Assembly: GCA_965219345.1 (NCBI GenBank)
Contig: OZ244732.1
Location: 672,001 to 736,000 of the forward strand
DNA from: Nitrosopumilus sp.
Lineage (GTDB): Archaea > Thermoproteota > Nitrososphaeria > Nitrososphaerales > Nitrosopumilaceae
Direction of reading: 5' to 3'
DNA: 64,000 nt
Made by a program: the position numbers and the translations under genes. Below, piece by piece: positions 37,040 to 47,103 of the stretch; position 1 is the stretch's first letter, and each line of letters begins with the position of its first letter. The notes under the pieces were generated by a model. That model had not been told where the DNA came from. It saw only the letters and a list, made by a program, of their open reading frames with translations, and made no database searches.

Positions 37040-39133
37040 ATGGAATTGACTGAAGAGATACCTGAACTAAAGAGAAGTGGAATCCTACAATCTACATCAA
37101 AACGTGTCAGAATGATCTTTTCTGTCATGGCAAGTCCGAATAGAATTGATATCCTCAGAATCCTAAATTCTAAGGGTCCTTTGACCTATTCTGAATTGAA
37201 ATCTTTGGCTGGATTCAAGTCAAAAAAAGAAAGTGGTAAATTTGCATACCACTTGAGAAAATTACTTAGACAATCTCTTGTTGCACTTAATAAATCTGAA
37301 AGACGTTATACCATAACAAATCTTGGAAAACTAGTTTTGAGTTTGGCAAGACAAATTGAAGAAAGATCAATTATTGAAAGTGGAAAAATGTATGTTAGGA
37401 CATCACATGCATCCATTGAGGAATTTAATTCTCATAAAATTATTCAATCACTAGTCCGTGAAGGAAGTCTTCCATTAGAACTAGCACAAAAAATTACTGA
37501 AGAAGTTGAAAATAGAATTTACAAATACCAAACTACCTATCTCACAGGCTCACTAATCAGAGAACTGGTAAATTCTGTTCTCTTAGAACATGGTCATGAG
37601 GAATATCGAAACAAACTTGCACGCCTAGGCCTACCTGTTTATGACGTTCAGGAGATGATTTCCAACTTAGATAATGTGAATAATGGTGCTGAAGGTCTTC
37701 TGTTTAACACTGGACAGACAGTGTTTGCTGAACACTTACTAACTAATCTTTTACCAAAAGATGTTGCAGACTCGCATCTTTCCGGAGACTTGCACATTTC
37801 TAATCCTGGAATTTGGTCAATGATTCCTGACACAATATTTGTTAATGTTAAAGAACTGATTGAAGATGGAATTGATCTTGGTGGAAAATATCTTGATGTA
37901 TCACGAATTCCTGCATCAAAACAACTTAATGAGATTGCAAGTTCATTGTCTATCGTAATTTCTCTTCTTTCAAAAGAAGCTTCCCAAGAAATCGTACTTG
38001 ATGGATTAGTTCAATTGTTTTCAAAACATTCAAAGTCTCTTCCGGAACTTGAACAAAAACTAACTGATGCTTTTGCAACTGCATCTACAACTTCTAAATA
38101 CAATAATACAAGCACCGATGTCTCAATTCGAATACAATTGGGATCTGATACAAAAATAGTCAATTCCATTATTAACGCATACAAAAATTATACAAAGATA
38201 ACCCCAATCCCAAAAATTGGTTTGATAATAGATCTTGACAAGAGAAAGATAACCGATATCTCGAAGTCAGTATCTCAGATAATTTCACTTGGTGGAAAAG
38301 TAATGTTTGCTCAGGGTCAAACATCAAGTTATGGTATAACAAATGGATCTACAAAGACTACAGACTCACTTTCAATAATATTGCAATCTGTTTCCATAAA
38401 CCTTCCGAGACTTGCTTTTGAATCAAATAAAGATGAAACCTACTTTAGAGCAAGACTTGCATTACTAATGAAACCAGCACTATCCTCTATGGCACTAAGA
38501 AAAAAAGACATCTCAGATCTTACTAGAAGAGGACTTAACCCAATTCTTGCAAAGAATACCCAATATATGCAAAGAAGTTCCGTTTCTCTTGTTGTAAATT
38601 TGGTAGGACTCAAAGAAGCAGTATTCAACATACTTGGAGTCCAAGACAACAAGGAGGGACGTGGAATTCTTCATAAAGTCATTGAAACTGCAATTGATGT
38701 TGGAGCCAAAAAAGGTAAAGAATTAGGCACTTCTGTGGCTATTTGCATGACCGAAACCGAAGGCTCACATCGTTTTGCTAGTCTAGATGGTGAGAAATAC
38801 GGCAAGAACTCTGCCCTTAATTCATTGGAAAATGATTCTTATTCTGAAGGAGTGGTGATTGATGCCTCTAAAATTGATGATTATACCAATAAAAGTGAGC
38901 CTATCTCTGAGTGTAACAAATTCTCAAAATTGCTTAACGGAGGATTACTTGTAACATTAAAAATTGATCAAAATGCAAAGGTTGATGAAATTAAAAAATC
39001 AATTGAGAAAGCATCTGCACTTACATCTTCTTTCAAACCTGTTAAGAAAATTTCAATATGTGGTGAATGTGGTTTCAAAGATGAACCGTTTGAAGACAAG
39101 TGTCCAAAGTGCAAGTCACCATATGTTGTCTGA
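37040..39133 (+). CDS. ArsR-like wHTH + ATP-cone + degenerate class III RNR (NrdD-like) fusion
   Basis: SPNRIDIL...FAYHLRKL...YTITNLG; EEFNSHKIIQSL...IRELVNSVL; ADSHLSGDLHI; SINLPRLA; terminal CGECG...CPKC; no RxxGY. Confidence 0.82.
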   Translation: MELTEEIPELKRSGILQSTSKRVRMIFSVMASPNRIDILRILNSKGPLTYSELKSLAGFKSKKESGKFAYHLRKLLRQSLVALNKSERRYTITNLGKLVLSLARQIEERSIIESGKMYVRTSHASIEEFNSHKIIQSLVREGSLPLELAQKITEEVENRIYKYQTTYLTGSLIRELVNSVLLEHGHEEYRNKLARLGLPVYDVQEMISNLDNVNNGAEGLLFNTGQTVFAEHLLTNLLPKDVADSHLSGDLHISNPGIWSMIPDTIFVNVKELIEDGIDLGGKYLDVSRIPASKQLNEIASSLSIVISLLSKEASQEIVLDGLVQLFSKHSKSLPELEQKLTDAFATASTTSKYNNTSTDVSIRIQLGSDTKIVNSIINAYKNYTKITPIPKIGLIIDLDKRKITDISKSVSQIISLGGKVMFAQGQTSSYGITNGSTKTTDSLSIILQSVSINLPRLAFESNKDETYFRARLALLMKPALSSMALRKKDISDLTRRGLNPILAKNTQYMQRSSVSLVVNLVGLKEAVFNILGVQDNKEGRGILHKVIETAIDVGAKKGKELGTSVAICMTETEGSHRFASLDGEKYGKNSALNSLENDSYSEGVVIDASKIDDYTNKSEPISECNKFSKLLNGGLLVTLKIDQNAKVDEIKKSIEKASALTSSFKPVKKISICGECGFKDEPFEDKCPKCKSPYVV

Positions 39134-39296
39134 AATTCGTAAATGAAAAACTGTTTCCGATCATTTTTCAAAATTTTCTGATCAGTTTCTGATGTGGCGA
39201 TCATCGTTGTTTACTATCAAAATTATGGTAGTATGAACTTCATAGTAATGGTGTCAATATTATTGAACTGAGATTTAAGAAAAAATTGCAGAATCA

Positions 39297-39304
39297 TTTA
39301 TACC
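39297..39304 (+). promoter_or_regulatory. TATA box of nrdJ
   Basis: TTTATAC about 40 nt before the TTG start; GGAGA SD-like at about 39326. Confidence 0.5.
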
Positions 39305-39338
39305 CATATGCATCTTAACCTCTACGGAGAGATTATAA

Positions 39339-41990
39339 TTGGACAATTCGCAAATTGAAAGTACTATAAATGAGATCCGAAAGCGTAACGGCACTGTAAC
39401 CATCTTTAATAAAGATAAAATTTCAAATGCTATATTCAAAGCATTGGCAGCCACCTCTAAAGCTGATCGTGGCCTAGCCGAACAACTTACAGATAGTGTA
39501 GTTGACAAACTAGTAGAACAAGGATTTACTAGCACTAAAGCACCTACGGTTGAAGATATTCAAGATATTGTAGAGTCAACTTTAATCGATAGCGGTAATA
39601 GCGATATAGCCAAAGCATACATCGTTTACAGACACGAGAGAAGAAAGCTAAGAGATGAAAAAATGAAAATTTTGAATCTAAAGTCTCTTGATCCAGTTTC
39701 CAAAAAGTTTGATTTGAATTGTTTACGAGTCTTAGCGTCAAGATATCTTTTCAGAAATGGAAAAAGTGAGATCATCGAATCTCCAACTCAAATGTTTGAA
39801 AGAGTTGCAATTCTAGTCGTAATTGGTGATATTCTATATGATTCACAAGTCTTTGACAAAGCAGGAAATATCAACCAAGATACAGATGAAGCAGAATCTT
39901 ATCTTGAAAAACTAGATGCCTTTGACTATAAATTCAAAGTCGGAGACTATTATCTAAATAAATGGCATTTTAGGTCCTTAATCAGTCACTATGTAACACT
40001 TGCAAACAAAGGTCAGATGAAGATTAGCTTCAAAGGACTTTTGACATTACTTGCAGCAAAGAAGCTTGATAGTTATGCAGACAAAATAACCGAATACTTT
40101 GAGCTGATGACCTCACAGGACTTTCTACCAAATTCCCCAACAATGATGAATGCAGGTGGAAGATTAGGACAACTCTCAGCATGCTTTGTACTTAGTATGG
40201 AAGATGGCATGGAACAAATCATGAAATCAACCTCTGATGCAGCATTAATCTTCAAATCTGGCGGTGGCGTTGGAATCAACTACTCTGATCTTCGTGAGGA
40301 AGGCGATATTGTAGCATCAACGTCTGGTGTTGCATCAGGTCCAGTGTCCTTCATGAATATCATCAACACTGTAACTGAAGTTGTCAAACAAGGAGGAAAA
40401 AGACGTGGTGCAAACATGGGAATCATTGAGGCATGGCATCCTGATGTTGAAAAGTTCATCACAAACAAAACAGAACCAGGTGTTTTAGAAAATTTCAACG
40501 TTAGTGTTGGTATCTGGGAAGACTTCTGGCATGCGCTTGTTAACACTAAAGATGGCAACTATGTCTTACGTAGCCCACGTGACAATAAACCAGTTAAAGA
40601 AATTAATGCACATCAACTAATTGATCTGATTGCACTATCTGCATGGAAAAGTGCAGAACCTGGATTGATCTTCTTTGATCAAATTAACAAATACAATGTA
40701 TTTGCCAAAGCCAGACAAGCACCAATAAGAGCAACAAATCCGTGTGGTGAGCAAAGCCTCTATCCATACGAATCATGTAATCTTGGTTCTATCAACTTGG
40801 TAAATCTTGTCAAGAGACAGGCAGATGGAACTTATGAATTTGATTGGCAAAGATATGAAGAAACAATCAGAAAGACAACAAAATTCCTGGATAATATTAT
40901 TGATGTAAATAACTATCCAGTTGAAGAAATCAACGTAGCATCAAAAGAGTCTAGAAGAATTGGACTTGGAGTGATGGGAGTTGCTGATCTCTTATACAAA
41001 CTAAGAATTCCATACAACTCCAAAGAAGGATATGAGCTACAGTCCAAACTATCTGAAGCTCTGACATACTATTCAATGGAAGAAAGTGTTGCACTTGCTA
41101 AATCTCGTGGTGAGTTCCTACTTTGTTCGAAAACAGAATATCCTGAAGGAAAGATTCCAGTATCAGGATATTATGAGAAACCAAAAGAATCTCATTCTTA
41201 TGAATGGGATGCACTAATTGAGAAAATTAAAAAGTATGGTATTAGAAATGTGTTAGCTACTACAGTTGCTCCAACTGGCACACTATCTATGATTGCGGAT
41301 TGTTCAAACGGAATGGAACCTGCATTTGCTCTTGTGTTTGAAAAGAGAGTTACTGTTGGAAGATTCTTCTATACAAACAAAATTGTTGAAGAAGTCTTGA
41401 AAGAAAATGGTCTTTACAGCGATGAACTTCTTGCAAAGATTGCAGACAACTATGGTTCACTGAAAGGAATTGATGAAATTCCACAATGGATGCAAGATGT
41501 CTTTGTAACAGCAATGGATATCCATTGGGCTGATCATCTTATGGCTCAGGGAGTATGGCAAGACTGGATTGGAAATGCAATTGCAAAAACAATCAACATG
41601 CCATATGATGTAACAGCCGAAGATGTGAAATCTGCATATCTGTTAGCACATGAATTAGGACTAAAAGGAATTACAGTTTATCGTGATGGTTCTAGGCACA
41701 AGCAGGTACTTCACATGACAAGTAATAACGCACAAAAGACATTTGAGGTTACACCAAGCGAGCATATTACTGGCTTTGTAACGACTAATATCACAAACCC
41801 ATACATTAAAACTCAAGTCAATGCTGCACTTGCAATTAAAGTTCATGACGAAGAAATTATAACTGAGCCTCTGAAACAAGAAGAGATTTCAGAAGATCGT
41901 CTATGTCCTACATGCAAAAACAATCTTGTCTTTGTAGAAGGTTGTAGTATGTGCATTGAATGTGGCTATAGTGGTTGCACTTCTGGATAA
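39339..41990 (+). CDS. nrdJ: Adenosylcobalamin-dependent class II ribonucleotide reductase with ATP-cone
   Basis: N-terminal ATP-cone, PNSPT, LSACFV, TNPCGEQ, APTGT, GITVYRDGSR, C-terminal Cys motifs. Confidence 0.96.
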   Translation: MDNSQIESTINEIRKRNGTVTIFNKDKISNAIFKALAATSKADRGLAEQLTDSVVDKLVEQGFTSTKAPTVEDIQDIVESTLIDSGNSDIAKAYIVYRHERRKLRDEKMKILNLKSLDPVSKKFDLNCLRVLASRYLFRNGKSEIIESPTQMFERVAILVVIGDILYDSQVFDKAGNINQDTDEAESYLEKLDAFDYKFKVGDYYLNKWHFRSLISHYVTLANKGQMKISFKGLLTLLAAKKLDSYADKITEYFELMTSQDFLPNSPTMMNAGGRLGQLSACFVLSMEDGMEQIMKSTSDAALIFKSGGGVGINYSDLREEGDIVASTSGVASGPVSFMNIINTVTEVVKQGGKRRGANMGIIEAWHPDVEKFITNKTEPGVLENFNVSVGIWEDFWHALVNTKDGNYVLRSPRDNKPVKEINAHQLIDLIALSAWKSAEPGLIFFDQINKYNVFAKARQAPIRATNPCGEQSLYPYESCNLGSINLVNLVKRQADGTYEFDWQRYEETIRKTTKFLDNIIDVNNYPVEEINVASKESRRIGLGVMGVADLLYKLRIPYNSKEGYELQSKLSEALTYYSMEESVALAKSRGEFLLCSKTEYPEGKIPVSGYYEKPKESHSYEWDALIEKIKKYGIRNVLATTVAPTGTLSMIADCSNGMEPAFALVFEKRVTVGRFFYTNKIVEEVLKENGLYSDELLAKIADNYGSLKGIDEIPQWMQDVFVTAMDIHWADHLMAQGVWQDWIGNAIAKTINMPYDVTAEDVKSAYLLAHELGLKGITVYRDGSRHKQVLHMTSNNAQKTFEVTPSEHITGFVTTNITNPYIKTQVNAALAIKVHDEEIITEPLKQEEISEDRLCPTCKNNLVFVEGCSMCIECGYSGCTSG

Positions 41991-42036
41991 ATAACAGAAT
42001 CACAACTTTTTTACTTTCTATTATTTCCTGTTCCAT

Positions 42037-43158
42037 ATGGACAAAAAAATCCTAGGCACAATTGCAGGCATAGTAGTAATTATTGCCGTAACAGCTGTTG
42101 TTTTGAGTTTACCAACCCAAGAAATTATCACCACTCCTCTAAAAGCTAATGAAAAAATTGGTCTTGTAATTAATTCCCCAAATCAATCTGTAACATTACA
42201 AGAATTAGATCAGGTTTACTCTAAAGCCTCGAGTACTGGAATTGGAAGAAGTAATGTCTATCTTTTTTGGAATCTAGTTGAACCTGTACGAGGAGAATAT
42301 GATTGGCAACAATCAGACACATTGATGAGCTTTAACAAAAAAAATAACCTCAAAGTCACACTATACTTTTCTATAATTAATGGAGAAACACTTGGGCCTT
42401 TTCCAAGTTGGATTGGCAAACCACCTCTTAACTTCCTAGGAGAAGATAGAGTTGCTAGTATCATTGATGCTATCTTGTCTAGATATGATATTATAGATAC
42501 TCTAATTCTTTCAGGAGAAACAGAGTCTCAATTTAGATTTCATGAGCAAAACATTCCTGTTTACAAAGATCTTTTCAATGTAGTTTATGATAAAATAAAA
42601 GAGAAGCACCCAGACGTAAAAATAGGAAATGCATTTGCATTACATAATGTTTTAAATAAAAACTTGAAACATATTGTATCTGATTTAGCTATTGGTGACT
42701 TTATTGGCTTCTCTTATTCCCCAGTTGATTCCCTAAATGAAATTGTTAAAACCCCGCAACAGGCAAAACAAGACCTACAACAAGCATTTGATCTTGTAGG
42801 AGATAAAAAACTTGGAATTTTTGAGATTAGTTGGAGTACCTCAGATTTTGTTAGGGGAAGTGATTCTGCACAAACAGAATTTTTACAAAAATCCTTTGAA
42901 TTTTACACTGAAAATGAATCTGAATTGGAATTTTTTACCTGGTATAGACAGTATGACAGGCCTGAAGGAACATGTGTGATTGCTGAACAAGAAATTGGTG
43001 AAGATAAACTAACTGTTGGGGGTTCTGGTTTTGGAAGCAGTGAGCATGTAATTGAAAGATTAAGTAACTACATCTGTAGTGCTGGTTTGATCAATAATGA
43101 CGGGACTTCAAAATCAAGCTGGAATGAATTTAAAAAACAAATTGAAATGATTAACTAA
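42037..43158 (+). CDS. Membrane-anchored glycoside-hydrolase-like TIM-barrel protein
   Basis: N-terminal TM; 'WNLVEPVRGEYDW' and 'GIFEISWST' resemble clan GH-A motifs. Confidence 0.6.
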   Translation: MDKKILGTIAGIVVIIAVTAVVLSLPTQEIITTPLKANEKIGLVINSPNQSVTLQELDQVYSKASSTGIGRSNVYLFWNLVEPVRGEYDWQQSDTLMSFNKKNNLKVTLYFSIINGETLGPFPSWIGKPPLNFLGEDRVASIIDAILSRYDIIDTLILSGETESQFRFHEQNIPVYKDLFNVVYDKIKEKHPDVKIGNAFALHNVLNKNLKHIVSDLAIGDFIGFSYSPVDSLNEIVKTPQQAKQDLQQAFDLVGDKKLGIFEISWSTSDFVRGSDSAQTEFLQKSFEFYTENESELEFFTWYRQYDRPEGTCVIAEQEIGEDKLTVGGSGFGSSEHVIERLSNYICSAGLINNDGTSKSSWNEFKKQIEMIN

Positions 43159-43159
43159 A

Positions 43160-43828
43160 ATGATTTCCTTAATTTTATCTGAATCGGCATTAGAGCTTGT
43201 TCCATCTGAATTAAAACATCATCCATCAGTTATCTCGCATGCAAGAAAACTTGGAAAACACACATCAGAAATCTTACTAGATAATTCTTGGCATTTTGCA
43301 GCTATGAAAGGAATCAAAAATGAAATGAAAAGAGGACGACCAGATCTAGTGCACTTTTCAGTACTTGAAGCTACTACAATTCCATTATATCTCCAAAATA
43401 AAATGAAACTTTTTGTTCATACAATTGATGATAAAGTGATATACTTTGGTCAAAATGTTCATGTACCTAAATCATATCACAGATTTGAAGGTCTAATTGA
43501 AAAATTGTATCAAGAAAAAAAAATTACAACCAATAATGATATGTTACTTGATATCAAAGAAAAAACATTTTCAGAGTTGTTAGATGAAATCAGTCCATCA
43601 AAAATAATCGGACTTTCAACTAAAGGTATACTAAACTCATATGAAAAAATTGCAGTAGAGATATCAGATGATACATGTATTGTGATTGGAGGATTCCAAA
43701 AAGGAAATTTTTCTGATTCAATTGAAAACAAACTAAGTACTTTGTATTCTATTGGCAGTGAATCGTTTGAAGGTCATGTTGTGGTTGCTAGGATGCTTTA
43801 TGAGTACGAAAAAACCATTTTTATGTAG
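43160..43828 (+). CDS. nep1: rRNA small-subunit pseudouridine N1-methyltransferase Nep1/EMG1
   Basis: ESALELVP, RGRPDLVH, VPKSYHRF, IGGFQKG. Confidence 0.92.
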   Translation: MISLILSESALELVPSELKHHPSVISHARKLGKHTSEILLDNSWHFAAMKGIKNEMKRGRPDLVHFSVLEATTIPLYLQNKMKLFVHTIDDKVIYFGQNVHVPKSYHRFEGLIEKLYQEKKITTNNDMLLDIKEKTFSELLDEISPSKIIGLSTKGILNSYEKIAVEISDDTCIVIGGFQKGNFSDSIENKLSTLYSIGSESFEGHVVVARMLYEYEKTIFM

Positions 43829-43850
43829 GAAATAAAATTTGCATTCTGTT

Positions 43851-43924
43851 GCAGTCATAGTATAGCCTGGTTAGTATTCGGGGTTTCCAACCCTGTGACG
43901 CGGGTTCGAATCCCGCTGACTGCA
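43851..43924 (+). tRNA. tRNA-Gly(TCC), intronless, CCA not encoded
   Basis: Acceptor GCAGTCA/TGACTGC + A; anticodon loop TTTCCAA; T-arm GCGGGTTCGAATCCCGC; oligo-T follows. Confidence 0.97.
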
Positions 43925-43975
43925 TTTTTTCATAATAATAAGAACTAATTTTTAGGTGTACTTTCAGAAACTATT

Positions 43976-44278
43976 GTGAAACCTGCAGTTAGAAAAATCG
44001 CGATGGAGAGAATGCAAATTCTTATTGAAAATGCAATTACTAACGCCAAAACAAATCCTGAACTTTCTCAGCGTCAAGCTTTACTTGCTCGTCGAATTAG
44101 TAGTAGACATAAAATTCGAATGCCTTATGGTCTTAGAATGGTTTTTTGTAAAAAATGCAAGTCCTTTATTGCACCTGGAGTTAATTCTAGAATTCGTCTA
44201 GGAAGAGCATCTATCAAATCGATCAGAATTTCTTGTCACTTGTGTGGGCATACTTATCGGAAAATAATATCTCAATGA
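43976..44278 (+). CDS. rnp4: RNase P protein component Rpp21
   Basis: IAMERM, FCKKC...RIRL...CHLCG...R. Confidence 0.92.
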   Translation: MKPAVRKIAMERMQILIENAITNAKTNPELSQRQALLARRISSRHKIRMPYGLRMVFCKKCKSFIAPGVNSRIRLGRASIKSIRISCHLCGHTYRKIISQ

Positions 44279-44309
44279 TTTATAAGACGATTCTCAATTT
44301 TTTCACTTC

Positions 44310-44762
44310 ATGGCAAAGGTATTCGATGTACCACCGGATGTATTGATAGAAAGACTTGCAGCTATTCTGAAGAATGAAGATATCCCTGCACCTTCATGGA
44401 TTCCATTTGTCAAAACTGGAGCTCATGCTGATAAACCACCACAAGACAGAGAATGGTGGCATACTAGATGTGCATCCTTAATGAGAAAAATTTACCTTAA
44501 TGGTCCTATTGGAATTAATGAATTAAGAAATGAATATGGTGGCGGTAGGCCATCTGGATATGGAGCTGCTCATCACAAAGATGCTGGTGGTGCAATTATA
44601 CGCAATGCCATTCATGGATTAGAAAAACTTGGCTATGTAGAAAAAGTTGAGAAGAAAGGTCGTGTTATTTCCAAACAAGGAATGCAAAAACTCGATAGAC
44701 TAGCAACAGAAATTCTTAAAGAACTAATTGTAGAAAATCCTCAATTGAAAGTATACACTTAG
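44310..44762 (+). CDS. rps19e: 30S ribosomal protein S19e
   Basis: FVKTG...PP...WWHTRCAS, IIRNAIHGLE. Confidence 0.96.
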   Translation: MAKVFDVPPDVLIERLAAILKNEDIPAPSWIPFVKTGAHADKPPQDREWWHTRCASLMRKIYLNGPIGINELRNEYGGGRPSGYGAAHHKDAGGAIIRNAIHGLEKLGYVEKVEKKGRVISKQGMQKLDRLATEILKELIVENPQLKVYT

Positions 44763-44769
44763 ATTTAAA

Positions 44770-45117
44770 ATGAGTTCTCCAAATTCTGATGAACCAGAAT
44801 ATCACGGACATTCCCATAATGATGGAACAGAACCTCATTCCCATGATGGTTCAGAACCTCATGAACACTCACATAGTGAAGCAGAAATTTCAGCACAAAA
44901 GGAACAGATTCTAAAACAAATTCTTACATCCGAAGCTAGAATGAGATTAAACAATATCAAAATGGTAAAACCAGAATTATCTAATCTTGTAGAACAATAT
45001 CTCATTGGAATGGCAACTCAAAGAAAAATTCCAGGTCAGATAACTGATGATCAACTAAAGCAAATATTGATCTCTATTCAGCAACCAAAACGCGATTTTA
45101 AGATAAATCGAATATAA
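44770..45117 (+). CDS. PDCD5-like dsDNA-binding protein with His-rich N-terminus
   Basis: ILTSEARMRLNNIKMVKPE...ITDDQLKQIL; conserved position after rps19e. Confidence 0.9.
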   Translation: MSSPNSDEPEYHGHSHNDGTEPHSHDGSEPHEHSHSEAEISAQKEQILKQILTSEARMRLNNIKMVKPELSNLVEQYLIGMATQRKIPGQITDDQLKQILISIQQPKRDFKINRI

Positions 45118-45158
45118 TTCTAATAAAATATAATTATGGGTCTAAGATTGGGTTAGTC

Positions 45159-46238
45159 ATGAAAGCCGTTGTATACACTGAATATGCCCCAGATGATAAT
45201 TTTGCTAAAATCCTCAAAGTCCAGGATATAGATGAACCAAAACCAAAAGCAGATGAAGTTATTTTCACCAACAAAGCATCCGCATTAAATTATAATGACA
45301 TTTGGGGAATGAGAGGAGTACCTGTTGCAGTTCCACTCCCACATGTTTCTGGATCCGATGTTGCAGGCGATGTCACCGCAGTTGGTGATGATGTAAAAAA
45401 TTTCAAGGTAGGCGACAAAGTTGTTTCTCATTCAAACTTGGCATGTAGAGTTTGTAAAGCATGCACTGATGGAAGAGAATTTGATTGTCTTCAGAGACAG
45501 GTTTGGGGTTTCCAAACAGGCCCAAACTGGGGAGCATTTTCTGAACAGATTCATTTACCAGAAGTTAATGTCTCAAAAATTCCAGAAGGGGTTTCTTATG
45601 ATGAAGCAGCTGCTGCATCAATGACATTACTGACATCATGGCACATGTTGGTTGGAAGAGCAAAAATTACACCAGGACAAACTGTTTTGATTATGGGTGG
45701 TGGTTCTGGAGTAGGTAGCTTTGGTATTCAAATTGCAAAACTATACAATTGTGATGTTATTGCAACTGCAAGCCCAGACAAACTAGACAAATGTCTAGAA
45801 CTTGGTGCAGATTTTGCAGTAGATCATAGAAAAGAAGATTGGCATAAAGAAATTAGAGCAATTACAAAAGAGATTGCTAAGAAGAAAGGTGAAGCACCTG
45901 GAATTGATCTTTCCTTTGATCACATTGGTGAAACACATTGGAACAAACAACTAACATTACTCAAATATGGTGCAACTCTTGTTTCATGTGGTGCCACAAC
46001 AGGTTATGATGCAAAAACTGATCTAAGACATGTCTTCTTTAAAGGAATTAACATCTTAGGTTCAACACAAGGAACTAAAGCTGAACTAGATCAAGGTCTT
46101 TACTGGATGGGTCAAGGTAAAATAAAAGCTGCAATTGACTCCACATATAGATTTGAACAAGCAGCAGAAGCCCACACAAAGATGGTAACTGGAAAAGGTC
46201 TCTTTGGCAAAATCTTAATGAAGCCAGAGGGCGCTTAA
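45159..46238 (+). CDS. Zn-containing medium-chain dehydrogenase/reductase
   Basis: GSDVAG, CRVCKAC...C structural Zn site, GGGSGVG. Confidence 0.9.
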   Translation: MKAVVYTEYAPDDNFAKILKVQDIDEPKPKADEVIFTNKASALNYNDIWGMRGVPVAVPLPHVSGSDVAGDVTAVGDDVKNFKVGDKVVSHSNLACRVCKACTDGREFDCLQRQVWGFQTGPNWGAFSEQIHLPEVNVSKIPEGVSYDEAAAASMTLLTSWHMLVGRAKITPGQTVLIMGGGSGVGSFGIQIAKLYNCDVIATASPDKLDKCLELGADFAVDHRKEDWHKEIRAITKEIAKKKGEAPGIDLSFDHIGETHWNKQLTLLKYGATLVSCGATTGYDAKTDLRHVFFKGINILGSTQGTKAELDQGLYWMGQGKIKAAIDSTYRFEQAAEAHTKMVTGKGLFGKILMKPEGA

Positions 46239-46245
46239 TCGTTTA

Positions 46246-47103
46246 ATGACGCATCTTTTCCGTAGTCTTATTTTTGTTCCTGGAAATAACCCAAGATTTC
46301 TTGAAAAAGCAAAAAAACTACAAGCTGACATTGTTTGCTTTGATCTAGAAGATTCTGTTCCTGATAATGAAAAAACAAATGCAAGGAAGCTAATCAAATC
46401 CGCATTAAAATCTCGTAAATTCTATAAATCTTCAATTTTTGTTCGTACAAACTCTCCAACATCTGGGAAGATTCCTTCTGATCTTAAAGAAGTAGTTCAA
46501 AAAGGCATTGATGGAATTGTAATTCCTAAAGTAAACAATGTCAAAGACATGAAAAAAATTGAAAAAATCTTATCTGGATTAGAAAAGACACGAAAATTAA
46601 AACCAATTCAAATAATTCCTTCTATTGAATCTGCAGAAGGTGTGATAAACACCTTTAGTATTGCATCTTTTGGAAAAAGAATATCTGCAGTAGTCTTTGG
46701 TGTTTTTGATCTACTAAATGACCTAGGAATTGAATATTCAAAAGAATCAATAGGTGCCTTGTATTCAAGAGCAAAAATTCCTGTTGATATACATGCAGCT
46801 GGAGTTGTAGCAATAGATGCAATTTGGCAGGATCTTAAAGATTCTAAAGGATTAGTAAAAGATTGTAAAATCGGCAAAAGCCTTGGATATTCTGGAAAAA
46901 GTATCATACATCCAGATCAAATTCCCGTTGTACACAAATTATTTCATCCAAACAAAAGTGAAATTTCTTGGGCAGAAAAAGTATGCAAAATCTATCTTAA
47001 ATCTACAAAGAAAGGAACGGGTGCTACAACAGTTGATGGAAAAATGATTGATGAAGTACATTTCAAGCAAGCAAAAGCACTACTTGACCTTGTAAAGCAA
47101 TGA
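46246..47103 (+). CDS. CitE/HpcH-family CoA-ester lyase
   Basis: RSLIFVPG, DLEDSV, IPKV, GKSIIHPDQ, GKMIDE. Confidence 0.92.
   Translation: MTHLFRSLIFVPGNNPRFLEKAKKLQADIVCFDLEDSVPDNEKTNARKLIKSALKSRKFYKSSIFVRTNSPTSGKIPSDLKEVVQKGIDGIVIPKVNNVKDMKKIEKILSGLEKTRKLKPIQIIPSIESAEGVINTFSIASFGKRISAVVFGVFDLLNDLGIEYSKESIGALYSRAKIPVDIHAAGVVAIDAIWQDLKDSKGLVKDCKIGKSLGYSGKSIIHPDQIPVVHKLFHPNKSEISWAEKVCKIYLKSTKKGTGATTVDGKMIDEVHFKQAKALLDLVKQ

Noticed and set aside
37040-39133. Functional anaerobic RNR (nrdD)
   Set aside because: No glycyl-radical motif, no catalytic Cys, no activase nearby
43851-43924. tRNA-Gly as an integration site
   Set aside because: No duplicate of its 3' end seen in the window; flanks are core genes
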